Below, piece by piece: positions 12,645 to 26,469 of a DNA stretch of 64,000 nt. This stretch comes from Macrostomum lignano (taxonomy: Eukaryota). The stretch covers positions 1 through 64,000 of the forward strand of contig NIVC01002703.1 in NCBI GenBank assembly GCA_002269645.1, given 5' to 3'. The notes under the pieces are model-generated. The model saw only the letters and a list, made by a program, of their open reading frames with translations, ran no database searches and was not told the DNA's origin. Numbering within the stretch: position 1 is the stretch's first letter; the number at the start of each line of letters is the position of its first letter. A program made the position numbers and the translations under genes.

Positions 12645-14095
12645 CCGATTTGTGTTCTGACTTTGAATTCTCTCTTTCCTTACTGTTTGTTCTCTCGATG
12701 ACTGAGATAGATTTGGCCTGCCCCCATAGGCTAAGTTTCGTGTCTGGCTTTGACCTCTCTCCTTACTGCTCTCTCATTGGCTGAGCCAGTTTGGGCCTGT
12801 CCCCTAGACTGAGAGCCTCTTCACGGCAATCGGTTCTAGAACCAGAATAAATTCGAGTTCTAGAACCAGAACCAGTGTGAAGTGGGGAGCTTCGAACCCA
12901 TTTTATGTTTGACAGTCTTTACAATTTAATTTTGTCGTTCTTTGACTTTGTTTCCTCTTGGATATGACAAAAAAGGAATAATTATATAACAATAATAAAA
13001 AATTGACGATTTCAAATATATTTAACTGTTAAAGTGTAAACATGACAACGGTTCGAGAAAATTTCTCGAACCATATTCTAGAATCAGAACCATGTTCCGG
13101 AACTGATTCTGTTTTTCGAACCATCGATATGAAGGAGCCTCTTCATATCGCCGATTCGAGGGACGGAACCGGTTCCGAACCGGTTCGATGCTCTTCATAT
13201 CGAATCATATCATATCGTATCATATCATATCATATCATATCATATCATATCATATCATATCATATCATTCATATCATATCGAAGGAGCCTCTTCATATGG
13301 CCGATTCGAAAAACGGAACCGGTTCCGAACCGGTTCGATGCTCTTCATATCGATGGTTCGAAAAACAGAATCAGTTCCGGAACGAACATGGTTCTGGTTC
13401 TGGAATATGGTTCGAGAAATTTTCTCGAACCGTTGTCATGTTTACACTTTAACAGTTAAATATATTTGAAATCGTCAATTTTTTATTGTTGTTATATAAT
13501 TATTCCTTTTTTGTCATATCCAAGAGGAAACAAAGTCAAAGAACGACAAAATTAAATTGTAAAGACTGTCAAACATAAAATGGGTTCGAAGCTCCTCATT
13601 TCACACTGGTTCTGGTTCTAGAACTCGAATTTATTCTGGTTCTAAGACCAATTGCCGTGAAGAGGCTCATGTGCGTCAAACCGGTTCGGAGCATGCTTGG
13701 ATGCAACCTTGGGATTCACTCGGCCGTTTCTATTGGCAACACACACGTGTGTCGCTATATTGGACAGAATAGTAGTCACGTGACTGCTCTCAGCCAATAG
13801 CGACTTACATGTGTGTTGCCAATAGAAACGGCCGGGTGATTCCCGGGGTTGCGCATTTATGGTTCGGAACCGGTTCCGTTTTTCGAACCGGCGATATGAA
13901 GAGGCTCTGAGTTTCGTCTGTCTGACTTGGGCCTCTCTCCTTACTGCTCTCTCATTGGCTGAGCCAGATTGGGCCTGTCCCCTAGACTGAGTTTCGTTTG
14001 TCTGACTTGGGCCTCTCTCCTTACTGCCCTCTCATTGGCTGAGCTAGACTGGGCCTGCCCCCCTAGACTGAGATTCGTCCGTCTTGCTTTACTTG
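12645..14095. repeat. diverged ~72-75 bp tandem repeat (about 5 copies) that hosts the foldback insertion
   Basis: CTCTCTCCTTACTGCTCTCTCATTGGCTGAGCCAGATTGGGCCTGTCCCCTAGACTGAGTTTCG recurs on both sides of the insertion. Confidence 0.7.
12813..13907. mobile_element. composite foldback/MITE with GAGCCTCTTCA termini and a 3-bp TGA TSD (PIF/Harbinger-like)
   Basis: TGA at 12810-12812 and 13908-13910; the empty site TAGACTGAGTTTCG is in the next host unit; ~320-bp inverted arms 12813-13135 and 13343-13668; (ATATC)n core; second hairpin at about 13705-13852. Confidence 0.8.
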
Positions 14096-14771
14096 TGTCC
14101 GAGTTTAATCGAGTTAAATGCTTGTTCATTCGCAATCGCAACCCCATGTGTGCTGTTGAGACTACAAAAGCAAAGGAAAGGAAGGAAAGGAAATTATAAC
14201 TCCCACATTAAAATAAAGTTACACTGCACAGACAAGCTACTGAAGAATAAGTAGACGCTCTGCTGTCAACACCTTTAATTGTGAGTGGCACACAGTTATT
14301 TTAGTAACTGGGATTAAATTGGCGCTAAACTTCAGTCAGAAATCAATCAGTAAATTTGTTTGTTGCTATTTATAACCCGAATTTTGGCGCCTATTTAAAA
14401 AGTAACAAAAACAAACTATTTTTGTCGAATGACCATTGATTGCTACTTAATGGTAAGCAAAATAGCAAACTAATTTCCATGTAAATCTTATTATATGATA
14501 TTTATCAATCAATTTCTCTTATAATTTAGATTGGCATGGTATCAATCTTTTTAATGACCCTCTGGATGCACCAGATAATACTCGAAGTAGTGTGTGACAT
14601 GGCTGTACTGTATTTGACTTTGAATTCAATATTAATCAAAATCTGGTTGTTATTGAATTACTAAGCAGCATTTTGTTTATTGGACTTTAACTAGATCTAA
14701 TCTGCTTTAATCTGCTTTTTGTGTTCTTATTTTATCTTAATAGTTAGGCACGCATGTGCAGGGTATACCCG

Positions 14772-15630
14772 TTCTCAGAGCCTTCAGTCACATACCCGCC
14801 CTGTCCTCAGAGCCTTCAGTCACAGCCCCGCCATTTCCTCAGACCCTTCAGTCACAGCCCCGCCATGTCCTCAGACCCTTCAGTCACAGCCCCGCCATGT
14901 CCTCAGAGCCTTCAGTCACAGCCCCACCATGTCCTTAGAGCCTTCAGTCACAGCCCCGCCCTGTCCTCAGAGCTTTCAGTCACAGCCCTGCCATGCTTTC
15001 AGAGTCTTCAGTCACAGCCCCGCCATGTCCTCAGACCCTTCAGTCACAGCCCCGCCATGTCCTCAGACCCTTCAGTCACAGCCCCGCCATGTCCTTAGAG
15101 CCTTCAGTCACAGCCCCGCCCTGTCCTCAGAGCTTTCAGTCACAGCCCTGCCATGCTTTCAGAGTCTTCAGTCACAGCCCCGCCCTGTCCTCAGAGCCTT
15201 CAGTCACAGCCCCGCCATGTCCTCAGACCCTTCAGTCACAGCCCCGCCCTGTCCTCAGAGCCTTCAGTCACAGCCCCGCCCTGTCCTCAGAGCCTTCAGT
15301 CACAGCCCCGCCCTGTCCTCAGAGCCTTCAGTCACAGCCCCGCCATGTCCTTAGAGCCTTCAGTCACAGCCCCGCCCTGTCCTCAGAGTTTTCAGTCACA
15401 GCCCCGCCCTGTCCTCAGAGCCTTCAGTCACAGCCCCGCCCTGTCCTCAGAGTTTTCAGTCACAGCCCTGCCATGCTTTCAGAGTCTTCAGTCACAGCCC
15501 CGCCATGTCCTTAGAGCCTTCAGTCACAGCCCCGCCATGTCCTTAGAGCCTTCAGTCACAGCCCCGCCCTGTCCTCAGAGCCTTCAGTCACAGCCCCGCC
15601 CTGTCCTCAGAGCCTTCAGTCACAGCCCGC
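14772..15630. repeat. 32-bp minisatellite (CAGAGCCTTCAGTCACAGCCCCGCCCTGTCCT), about 27 copies
   Basis: period 32 (15241, 15273). Confidence 0.95.
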
Positions 15631-16289
15631 ACTGTCCACAGTCGCTTAGGTTCCTGTTTTTGCTTTAAGTTCCTAAATATTACAAGTGTCATTGTTAACA
15701 CAATTCTTAACCGAGCAATGTTCTTATACTATTCTGTAATATTGCCTGTTCTTTTTGCATTGTAAATTATAAACAAATAACTCATAGTTGGTCTTGACAT
15801 TTCGATTACATTTTTTTGCAAAATAGTGGCAGGTTATGACAAGTATAATTGATTGTATATTTTATTGGTTTCCTTTAATTTTGTCGGGATTTAATATGAA
15901 GTATTTATAAATGGTTGAGTTTCTAGTAAAAAGTAGTTGAGTATTTAACAAAAGTTTCACCTTTATCTTCATTACATACTACTGTTTCTCTGTCATCAGT
16001 AATATTATAAGAATGTATGTAGATTTTTGTTTGAAATTTAATAGGCCCTTGGTATAAATTATGCGAGTACACTTGCGCATTGCATATTTTTCCATTCACC
16101 TTTCTGCCTCCGCAACAAATCTTTTTAGATTGCTTTGTAAAGCAAAAAAATATATAATCAAATGGCTGCTTGTATTTGGCGCAATACACTGTTGCACCTG
16201 TGGTTTACTGTTTCTAGTTTGTACATCTACGAGTATCATTCAGATGCAGCCTTTATGATCTATAAATTTCTCTGCCAAGTTAGTCTACA

Positions 16290-16752
16290 GGATCTCCCAG
16301 ATCCTACAGGTGGATGAACCCGTCACTATCCCGGATCCTACAGGTGGGTGAACCCGCCACTCTCCCAGATCCTACAGGTGGGTGAACCTGTCATTCTCCC
16401 GGATCCTACAGGTGGGTGAACCCGTCACTCTCCCGGATCCTACAGGTGGGTGAACCTGTCATTCTCCCGGATCCTACAGGTGGGTGAACCCGTCACTCTC
16501 CCGGATCCTACAGGTGGGTGAACCTGTCATTCTCCCGGATCCTACAGGTGGGTGAACCCGTCACTCTCCCGGATCCTACAGGTGGGTGAACCCGCCACTC
16601 TCCCAGATCCTACAGGTGGGTGAACCTGTCATTCTCCCGGATCCTACAGGTGGGTGAACCCCTCACTCTCCCGGATCCTACAGGTGGGTGAACCTGTCAT
16701 TCTCCCGGATCCTACAGGTGGATGAACCCGTCACTCTCTCAGATCCTATAGA
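16290..16752. repeat. 34-bp minisatellite (GGATCCTACAGGTGGGTGAACCCGTCACTCTCCC), about 13 copies
   Basis: period 34 (16334, 16368). Confidence 0.95.
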
Positions 16753-17319
16753 TGAGTGACTCCTATTTCTAGGTGATGCCATAGTCTTCAACTAATATTC
16801 TAAAACCCCTTATAGTTTTCTAAACTATAGAAAAGTTAGTAAAGCAGACAAAAAAGGTCACGCCAAAGTGTCTGCAGCTGCTGTACAAGTGATTTAGTTA
16901 AAAACTTTGTCAATCGCAGAAGAACATTAGTTTGCTGCTGCTGCGCAGTTGAGGTTATTGGCTTCAGTTCATTCAGCACTCCGGCGCAATAGATGATGAG
17001 TCATTCTTACGAGTATTCGTTCCAGTCGAGTGTAAGAAAAATAAACTTTATTAAATTGCTTTTTTACCCAGAAGCCTCGCATATTAAGGCCATTAATTTC
17101 GAGTGTTGGAGCAGAAATAAAAAAAATGAAACCGGATGTCTCTGCGGTCGGGACGAGCTCTTTTAATGCACCAATTTCTCCGTGAAGAATAAACATTTAA
17201 CAGATATAGCAATCTTATTCACGCATACAAAGCACATACAGTAGGCTGCAGTGATCCTTCACTCACTCTGGCAACAGTTGGACCAGAAAGTTGAATTATC
17301 TAATTAACTCTGCTTTTTG

Positions 17320-18805
17320 ACTGCCGCTGCCGCTCCCATACCCTCTCACTGCCGCTCCCATACCCTCTCACTGCCGCTCCCATACCCTCTCACTGCCGCT
17401 CCCATATACTCCCTCCCATACCCTCTCACTGCCGCTCCCATACCCTCTCACTGCCGCTCCCATACCCTCTCACTGCCGCTCCCATATACTCCCTCCCATA
17501 CCCTCTCATTGCCGCTCCCATACCCTCTCACTGCCGCTCCCATACCCTCTCATTGCCGCTCCCATACCCTCTCTACTCCCTCCCATACCCTCTCACTGCC
17601 GCTCCCATACCCTCTCATTGTCGCTCCCATACCCTCTCGCTGCCGCTCCCATACCCTCTCACTGCCGCTCCCATACCCTCTCACTGCCGCTCCCATACCC
17701 TCTCCCTGCCGCTCCCATACCCTCTCACTGCCGCTCCCATACCCTCTCATTGCCGCTCCCATACCCTCTCTACTCCCTCCCATACCCTCTCACTGCCGCT
17801 CCCATACCCTCTCATTGTCGCTCCCATACCCTCTCGCTGCCGCTCCCATACCCTCTCACTGCCGCTCCCATACCCTCTCACTGCCGCTCCCATACCCTCT
17901 CCCTGCCGCTCCCATACCCTCTCACTGCCGCTCCCATACCCTCTCATTGCCGCTCCCATACCCTCTCTACTCCCTCCCATACCCTCTCACTGCCGCTCCC
18001 ATACCCTCTCATTGTCGCTCCCATACCCTCTCGCTGCCGCTCCCATACCCTCTCACTGCCGCTCCCATACCCTCTCACTGCCGCTCCCATACCCTCTCCC
18101 TGCCGCTCCCATACCCTCTCACTGCCGCTCCCATACCCTCTCACTGCCGCTCCCATATACTCCCTCCCATACCCTCTCATTGCCGCTCCCATACCCTCTC
18201 ACTGCCGCTCCCATACCCTCTCACTGCCGCTCCCATACCCTCTCATTGCCCGCTCCCATACCCTCTCACTGCCGCTCCCATACCCTCTCACTGCCGCTCC
18301 CATACCCTCTCACTGCCGCTCCCATACCCTCTCACTGCCGCTCCCATACCCTCTCACTGCCGCTCCCATACCCTCTCACTGCCGCTCCCATACCCTCTCA
18401 CTGCCGCTCCCATACCCTCTCCCTGCCGCTCCCATACCCTCTCACTGCCGCTCCCATACCCTCTCACTGCCGCTCCCATACCCTCTCATTGCCGCTCCCA
18501 TACCCTCCCATTGCCGCTCCCATACCCTCTCATTGCCGCTCCCATACCCTCCCATTGCCGCTCCCATACCCTCTCACTGCCGCTCCCATACCCTCTCATT
18601 GCCGCTCCCATACCCTCTCACTGCCGCTCCCATACCCTCTCACTGCCGCTCCCATACCCTCCCATTGCCGCTCCCATACCCTCTCTACTCCCTCCCATAC
18701 CCTCTCATTGCCGCTCCCATACCCTCTCACTGCCGCTCCCATACCCTCACTGCCGCTCCCATACCCTCTCCCATACCCTCTCATTGCCGCTCCCATACCC
18801 TTCCA
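17320..18805. repeat. 22-bp minisatellite (CTGCCGCTCCCATACCCTCTCA) with a 197-bp higher-order repeat
   Basis: direct inspection; identical shadow ORFs at 17550, 17747 and 17944. Confidence 0.95.
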
Positions 18806-19319
18806 CTGCCTCTCCCACCTTACTTCTTTCATTTTCTGTCAGATATGAGAATCAAATGTAAATAAAAACTTCTACAAAACTGACAAAGTCAAAGAAAAAA
18901 CTTCTCTTCGACACAGCAAAGGAACAGAACAGACCAGGCTATGGTTTTATCTGCTTTTCCCAGCTTAAACAGATCGAAAGTTTTCAAGTTTCTTTTTTTC
19001 TATACAAGCTTCATGCTTAGAAGTCAATTCTGACTGCAATTTAGTCACATTAAATGCAAACAGAGCGAAAGCAAGCGCAGGAAATGTCGCAGGGACATTC
19101 CCTGCTCCGTATAACTTTGCAATGAACTGCGCAAGATCAATCAATTAGTTTCTAAAAGAGTTACTCGTACATGCATTACAGATCCTGTTCATGCTAGATT
19201 AGATTCTTTTTTTCAATGGCGCGTGCACATCGAGAATCCTTCCGCTTATCAGCTGGAAACAACGGAATAAAAGATCCTTTCAGATTATTTAATTGCTGCC
19301 TCTTTCCCAGTCTGGATAA

Positions 19320-19478
19320 CTCAGCCAATCAGTGCGTCTTCGCTGATCGTTCGCTGTATTTAGAGAGAGGCGAATAAATAGCCCTTGAAGCAACTCCGTC
19401 TGAGGGTTTCGCTTTCCGGTCTCGCCTTTTTATTACCGTTTTAGGGTGTATAATTCGGATAATTTTGACAAGGTAAGC
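19320..19478 (+). promoter_or_regulatory. putative beta-tubulin promoter and non-coding first exon
   Basis: CCAAT at 19325, TAAATA at about 19375, strong donor AAG|GTAAGC at 19473; matching acceptor CCTACCAG| at 20300, 17 nt before the ATG. Confidence 0.55.
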
Positions 19479-19559
19479 TTAATACTGACAGGGCTGCATT
19501 TGTCATTATAATAATTATGTTTATGTATATATCAATAGGTGCTCTATGAGCCACTGAGT

Positions 19560-20210
19560 TCTGGCGCCACTTTAGGCATGGTGAGAGGCGCCACTTTAGG
19601 CATGGTAAGAGGCGCCACTTTAAACATGGTTAGAGGCGCCACTTTCGGGATGGTAAGAGGCGCCACATTAGGCATGGTGAGAGGCGCCACTTTCGAGATG
19701 GTGAGAGGTGCCACCACTTTCAGGATGGTGAAAGGCGCCACTTTCGGGATGGTGAGAGGCGCCACTTTAGGCATGGTGAGAGGCGCCACTTTCGAGATGG
19801 TGAGAGGTGCCACCACTTTCAGGATGGTGAAAGGCGCCACTTTCGGGATGGTGAGAGGCGCCACTTTAGGCATGGTGAGAGGCGCCACTTTAGGCATGGT
19901 GGGAGGCGCCACTTTAGGCATGGTGAGAGGCGCCACTTTAGGCATGGTGGGAGGCGCCACTTTAGGCATGGTGAGAGGCGCCACTTTAGACATGGTGAGA
20001 GGCGCCACTTTAGGCATGGTGAGAGGCGCCACTTTAGGCATGGTGGGAGGCGCCACTTTAGGCATGGTGAGAGGCGCCACTTTAGGCATGGTGGGAGGCG
20101 CCACTTTAGGCATGGTGGGAGGCGCCACTTTAGGCATGGTGAGAGGCGCCACTTTAGACATGGTGGGAGGCGCCACTTTAGACATGGTGGGAGGCGCCAC
20201 TTTAGACATG
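19560..20210. repeat. 24-bp minisatellite (GGCGCCACTTTAGGCATGGTGAGA), about 27 copies, in the predicted tubulin 5'UTR intron
   Basis: direct inspection. Confidence 0.95.
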
Positions 20211-20287
20211 GATGCATTCAGAACAGCCCATAGGAAATCACAGAGCTTTCCAGCTTTCGCATACTCGTACAGCAACCTCAATCTTGA

Positions 20288-20980
<693 letters not shown>

Positions 20981-21025
20981 GGCCCTGTTCAATCACTATT
21001 GGCCCAATGAGTGCCACACATCTAA

Positions 21026-21865
<840 letters not shown>

Positions 21866-22334
21866 TGATTCAATTTTGCTCTGGAATCATGAGAAAAGCC
21901 TACTAACTCGTGCTTGCTACTAGCAGTAGTACAATGCTACTTTGCGACTCGTGGATTTTACATGTGAAAATTAAAACTGAAATACTCAATGCTTGAACTG
22001 TTGAATTTAGCATCCGTTTTCAAACAGCTTTTAGTGCAAATCACATTTACTACTGTTAGCAGTATATCAGCATGAGAACTGTCTTGAATAACGTTAAATT
22101 TACGCATTACCTTGAATGCATGCTTAACTACGTAAGTAGCTTCTAAATCCAGGATTCATGGTGCAGGTAATCAGGCCCTTTAATACTCATAGTTATTCAC
22201 TTTGTTTGCAGGCAAGTCTCTTCTCTTCTGGCCACGGAAATACAATGCACTTTAATAATAAGCAGTATCAAATACTTTTGGACATTATTGCTTTTTCTTT
22301 ACTACATGTATCTACTCAGGTGCTGTTGACTCAG

Positions 22335-24492
22335 CGCATCTGTACCAATGCTGACTATCCATGACCCACTGACACACTGCATCTGTATGAATGCTGACTA
22401 TCATGACCCACTGACCCAGTGCATCTGCATGAATGCTGACTATCATGACCCACTGACCCACTGCATCTGTATGAATGCTGACTATCCATGACCCACTGAC
22501 CCACTGCATCTGTATGAATGCTGACTATCATGACCCACTGACCCACTGCATCTGTACCAATGCTGACTATCCATGACCCACTGACCCACTGCATCTGTAT
22601 GAATGCTGACTATCATGACCCACTGACCCACTGCATCTGTATGAATGCTGACTATCCATGACCCACTGACCCACTGCATCTGTATGAATGCTGACTATCA
22701 TGACCCACTGACCCACTGCATCTGTACCAATGCTGACTATCCATGACCCACTGACCCACTGCATCTGTATGAATGCTGACTATCATGACCCACTGACCCA
22801 CTGCATCTGTATGAATGCTGACTATCCATGACCCACTGACCCACTGTATCTGCATGAATGCTGACTATCATGACCCACTGACCCACTGCATCTGTATGAA
22901 TGCTGACTATCATGACCCACTGACCCACTGCATCTGTATGAATGCTGACTATCCATGACCCACTGACCCACTGCATCTGCATGAATGCTGACTATCATGA
23001 CCCACTGACCCACTGCATCTGTACCAATGCTGACTATCCATGACCCACTGACCCACTGCATCTGTATGAATGCTGACTATCATGACCCACTGACCCACTG
23101 CATCTGTATGAATGCTGACTATCCATGACCCACTGACCCACTGCATCTGTATGAATGCTGACTATCATGACCCACTGACCCACTGCATCTGTATGAATGC
23201 TGACTATCCATGACCCACTGACCCACTGCATCTGTATGAATGCTGACTATCATGACCCACTGACCCACTGCATCTATATGAATGCTGACTATTATGACCC
23301 ACTGACCCACTGCATCTGTATGAATGCTGACTATCATGACCCACTGACCCACTGCATCTGTATGAATGCTGACTATCCATGACCCACTGACCCACTGCAT
23401 CTGCATGAATGCTGACTATCATGACCCACTGACCCACTGCATCTGTACCAATGCTGACTATCCATGACCCACTGACCCACTGCATCTGCATGAATGCTGA
23501 CTATCATGACCCACTGACCCACTGCATCTGTACCAATGCTGACTATCCATGACCCACTGACCCACTGCATCTGCATGAATGCTGACTATCCATGACCCAC
23601 TGACCCACTGCATCTGTATGAATGCTGACTATCCATGACCCACTGACCCACTGCATCTGTATGAATGCTGACTATCATGACCCACTGACCCACTGCATCT
23701 GTATGAATGCTGACTATCCATGACCCACTGACCCACTGCATCTGTATGAATGCTGACTATCCATGACCCACTGACCCACGGCAGCTGCATGAATGCTGAC
23801 TATCCATGACCCACTGACCCACTGCATCTGTATGAATGCTGACTATCATGACCCACTGACCCACTGCATCTGTATGAATGCTGACTATCATGACCCACTG
23901 ACCCACTGCATCTGCATGAATGCTGACTATCTATGACCCACTGACCCACTGCATCTGTATGAATGCTACTATCCATGACCCACTGACCCACTGCATCTGT
24001 ATGAATGCTGACTATCCATGACCCACTGACCCACTGCATCTATATGAATGCTGACTATCCATGACCCACTGACCCACGGCAGCTGCATGAATGGTGACTA
24101 TCCATAACCCACGGCAGCTGCATGAATGCTGACTATCCATGACCCACTGACCCACTGCATCTGTATGAATGCTGACTATCCATGACCCACTGACCCACTG
24201 CATCTGTATGAATGCTGACTATCCATGACCCACTGACCCACTGCATCTGTATGAATGCTGACTATCATGACCCACTGACCCACTGCATCTGTATGAATGC
24301 TGACTATCCATGACCCACTGACCCACTGCATCTGTATGAATGCTGACTATCATGACCCACTGACCCACTGCATCTGTATGAATGCTGACTATCCATGACC
24401 CACTGACCCACTGCATCTGTATGAATGCTGACTATCCATGACCCACTGACCTACTAAAGCTGCATGAATGGTGACTATCCATAACCCACTGA
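22335..24492. repeat. 42/43-bp minisatellite with an 85-bp dimeric higher-order unit, about 50 monomers
   Basis: CCACTGACCCACTGCATCTGTATGAATGCTGACTATC(C)ATGAC; shadow ORFs recur every 85 bp. Confidence 0.95.
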
Positions 24493-24874
24493 CGCACCGC
24501 AGAATATGAAATTTCACATTTCATTGCCTCCGGATTGAGGACCTAAAATAAAACACGCAAAAGTTCTGTAAAAATCTGGTCCGCCAAGGAAACCTTTATC
24601 TCACTGGCTGATTACAAATATTCTATTTACGGAACTGTTTAAACGCGTTTTTTTTATCTTGTCGAGAGTTGACATTTATAAATAATTCCGTCTGGCAAAC
24701 TCGAACTCTGCAGTTTCACATGGATAGGCGCTGGCAGGGCGCTTGTAAATCATGAAATCAGGGCCCGTTAAGCCGTTATCACAACGATAAGCCCAGTCTC
24801 TGTACACAGATATATAGGTAAGAAGCAATGGAGACAAAAACACCTGTTTGACCTCAGCTCAGTCGACCCGGATC

Positions 24875-25897
24875 ATGGCTCTGATTCTGATCCTGGTGAC
24901 GTACCGGAACAGCAGCAGCGAAGGCAGAGACCACGGCCGGTCATTCAGCATCGACTATGTCATTGTGGCCCTCTGCATCGTCCAGCTGCTGGTGTTCGCG
25001 CTGGGCACGGTTGGCAACCTGCTGCTGGTCAGCCTGCTGAGAGCCGAGAAGCTGCTGTTCTGGCGAATCATGCGGCTGACGGCGCTGTTCGACGTGTTGG
25101 CTCTGGTGCTGCACACCAACGACTGCTGGATGCATCTGATCGAGTACGCCAGCGCGGTGCCCAGCTCCTGGTTGGTGTACGTCGCCTACGTGCACACGCC
25201 GATGTCGATGCTGCAGATTGGCGCTGACACCACCCGGCTGTGCCTGACGATCTTCGCAGTCCTGAACCGTGCTTGGTGCCTCGCCAAGCGGTCCGACAAT
25301 GCCAGCTGCCGAGTCAGCTGCCGACTGCTGCCGTGGGTCGCCGGCGCCGTGCTGCTCACCCTGCCCCTTGTCGCTGCCGCCCGCATCGCTCTGGTCTCCA
25401 AGGCCGAGCTGACCGTCTGCCTGCCGCGCCGGCTGGAGGCCTGCCGGATGCGGCTGTACTTTGACTTCACCGACTTTCACCCGACGCTGAACTTCGCGCT
25501 GCAGAGCGCCCTTCTGGTGGCGCTGCCAATCGCTGTCTGTCTGTCCGCGAACGTCCTTCTAGCGATCTCCGTGTCCCGTAGAATCAACAGCTTCCAGCCG
25601 CCCGGCTCAAGTCGCGTCTTCAACGGCGGCGGCAACAACAGCGGCGTCAAGAAGCTCGGCGGACTTCGAGTGCTGATTCCCATGACGGTGGCCTTTGCCG
25701 TCTGCCAGCTGGGCAGATTCCTGTGGGAGTTGCGCCGGCAGAACGAGTGCGTGATGGTCCGGCTGGCTCTGTACTACATCGGCGTGCTGCTGCTGTCATT
25801 GGACTGTTCGGCGGGGTTTTACATCCAGGTGGCAGCCAGGCCGCGGCTGAGGGAGCGGGCAAGACGGCTGCTGGCATCGGCTGTCTGGTGGTCTTGA
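24875..25897 (+). CDS. intronless orphan rhodopsin-like (class A) 7TM GPCR, about 340 aa
   Basis: seven hydrophobic segments; TM1 GN (LGTVGNLLL), TM2 Asp (TALFD), NRA at the DRY position, CQL in TM6; N-terminal NSS sequon; first in-frame ATG at 24875. Confidence 0.8.
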   Translation: MALILILVTYRNSSSEGRDHGRSFSIDYVIVALCIVQLLVFALGTVGNLLLVSLLRAEKLLFWRIMRLTALFDVLALVLHTNDCWMHLIEYASAVPSSWLVYVAYVHTPMSMLQIGADTTRLCLTIFAVLNRAWCLAKRSDNASCRVSCRLLPWVAGAVLLTLPLVAAARIALVSKAELTVCLPRRLEACRMRLYFDFTDFHPTLNFALQSALLVALPIAVCLSANVLLAISVSRRINSFQPPGSSRVFNGGGNNSGVKKLGGLRVLIPMTVAFAVCQLGRFLWELRRQNECVMVRLALYYIGVLLLSLDCSAGFYIQVAARPRLRERARRLLASAVWWS

Positions 25898-26469
25898 CGC
25901 TGCCGAAGCTCCAAGGACAACAAAAAAAGTATACGGTGTACTCTGAAACTCGCGATTTAGCACGAATAGGGGGGTCCCCATTTTATTCCAATTGGCAATC
26001 ATCAAATTTATCCCATCTGTCTTATTTATTCCACAGGAGCTCGGGGAACGGAAGCTCCTGGACCTTTGGATTCCTAATGAAGCAAAAGCTTCTTAAATGG
26101 ATTTGACAATGATTCACTTTTTGCTTAACCTCGAATGCGGTTCTGCCATAAACAAATTTGTTTGGAAGGCCAAATTGTTTGCACTTTAATTCTAGTAGCA
26201 ATAGGGAAATGGTTCGGGGCCCTAGCCTAGGGGTCTATTGCGGCGCTCTGATGTGCAAGCGGCCCAGGCTCGATTCCAAGTGCAGTCACATTAATTTGAG
26301 GCTAAATTGGAATCTCGGCTTGGCTCTGCTCGTGCAATTAATGCCCTTGAGGGCCAACCCCCAAGGCACAGTGAAGTATACATGCTTAACGATCTTGAAT
26401 AAAGTTTAGGGCTGCTGTAGATCCGCGCGTTCGTGTGCCTGCTCAGGAGAGTCGGTGGAATGGGCAGTA

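Noticed and set aside
14719-15668. Overlapping Pro/Ser repeat ORFs
   Set aside because: Artefact of the 32-bp array cycling through frames.
16969-17196. Minus-strand ORF with NMRGFW resembling enoyl-reductase (MECR) LRGFW
   Set aside because: Only a 5-residue resemblance, with no other exons or motifs.
17317-18865. 400-500 aa Pro-rich ORFs in three frames
   Set aside because: Translations of a 22-bp satellite that has no stop codons; no ATG context or splice support.
22312-24416. Many near-identical 65-95 aa minus-strand ORFs; also considered as a CRISPR-like array
   Set aside because: Head-to-tail satellite with no unique spacers and no cas genes, in a eukaryotic context.
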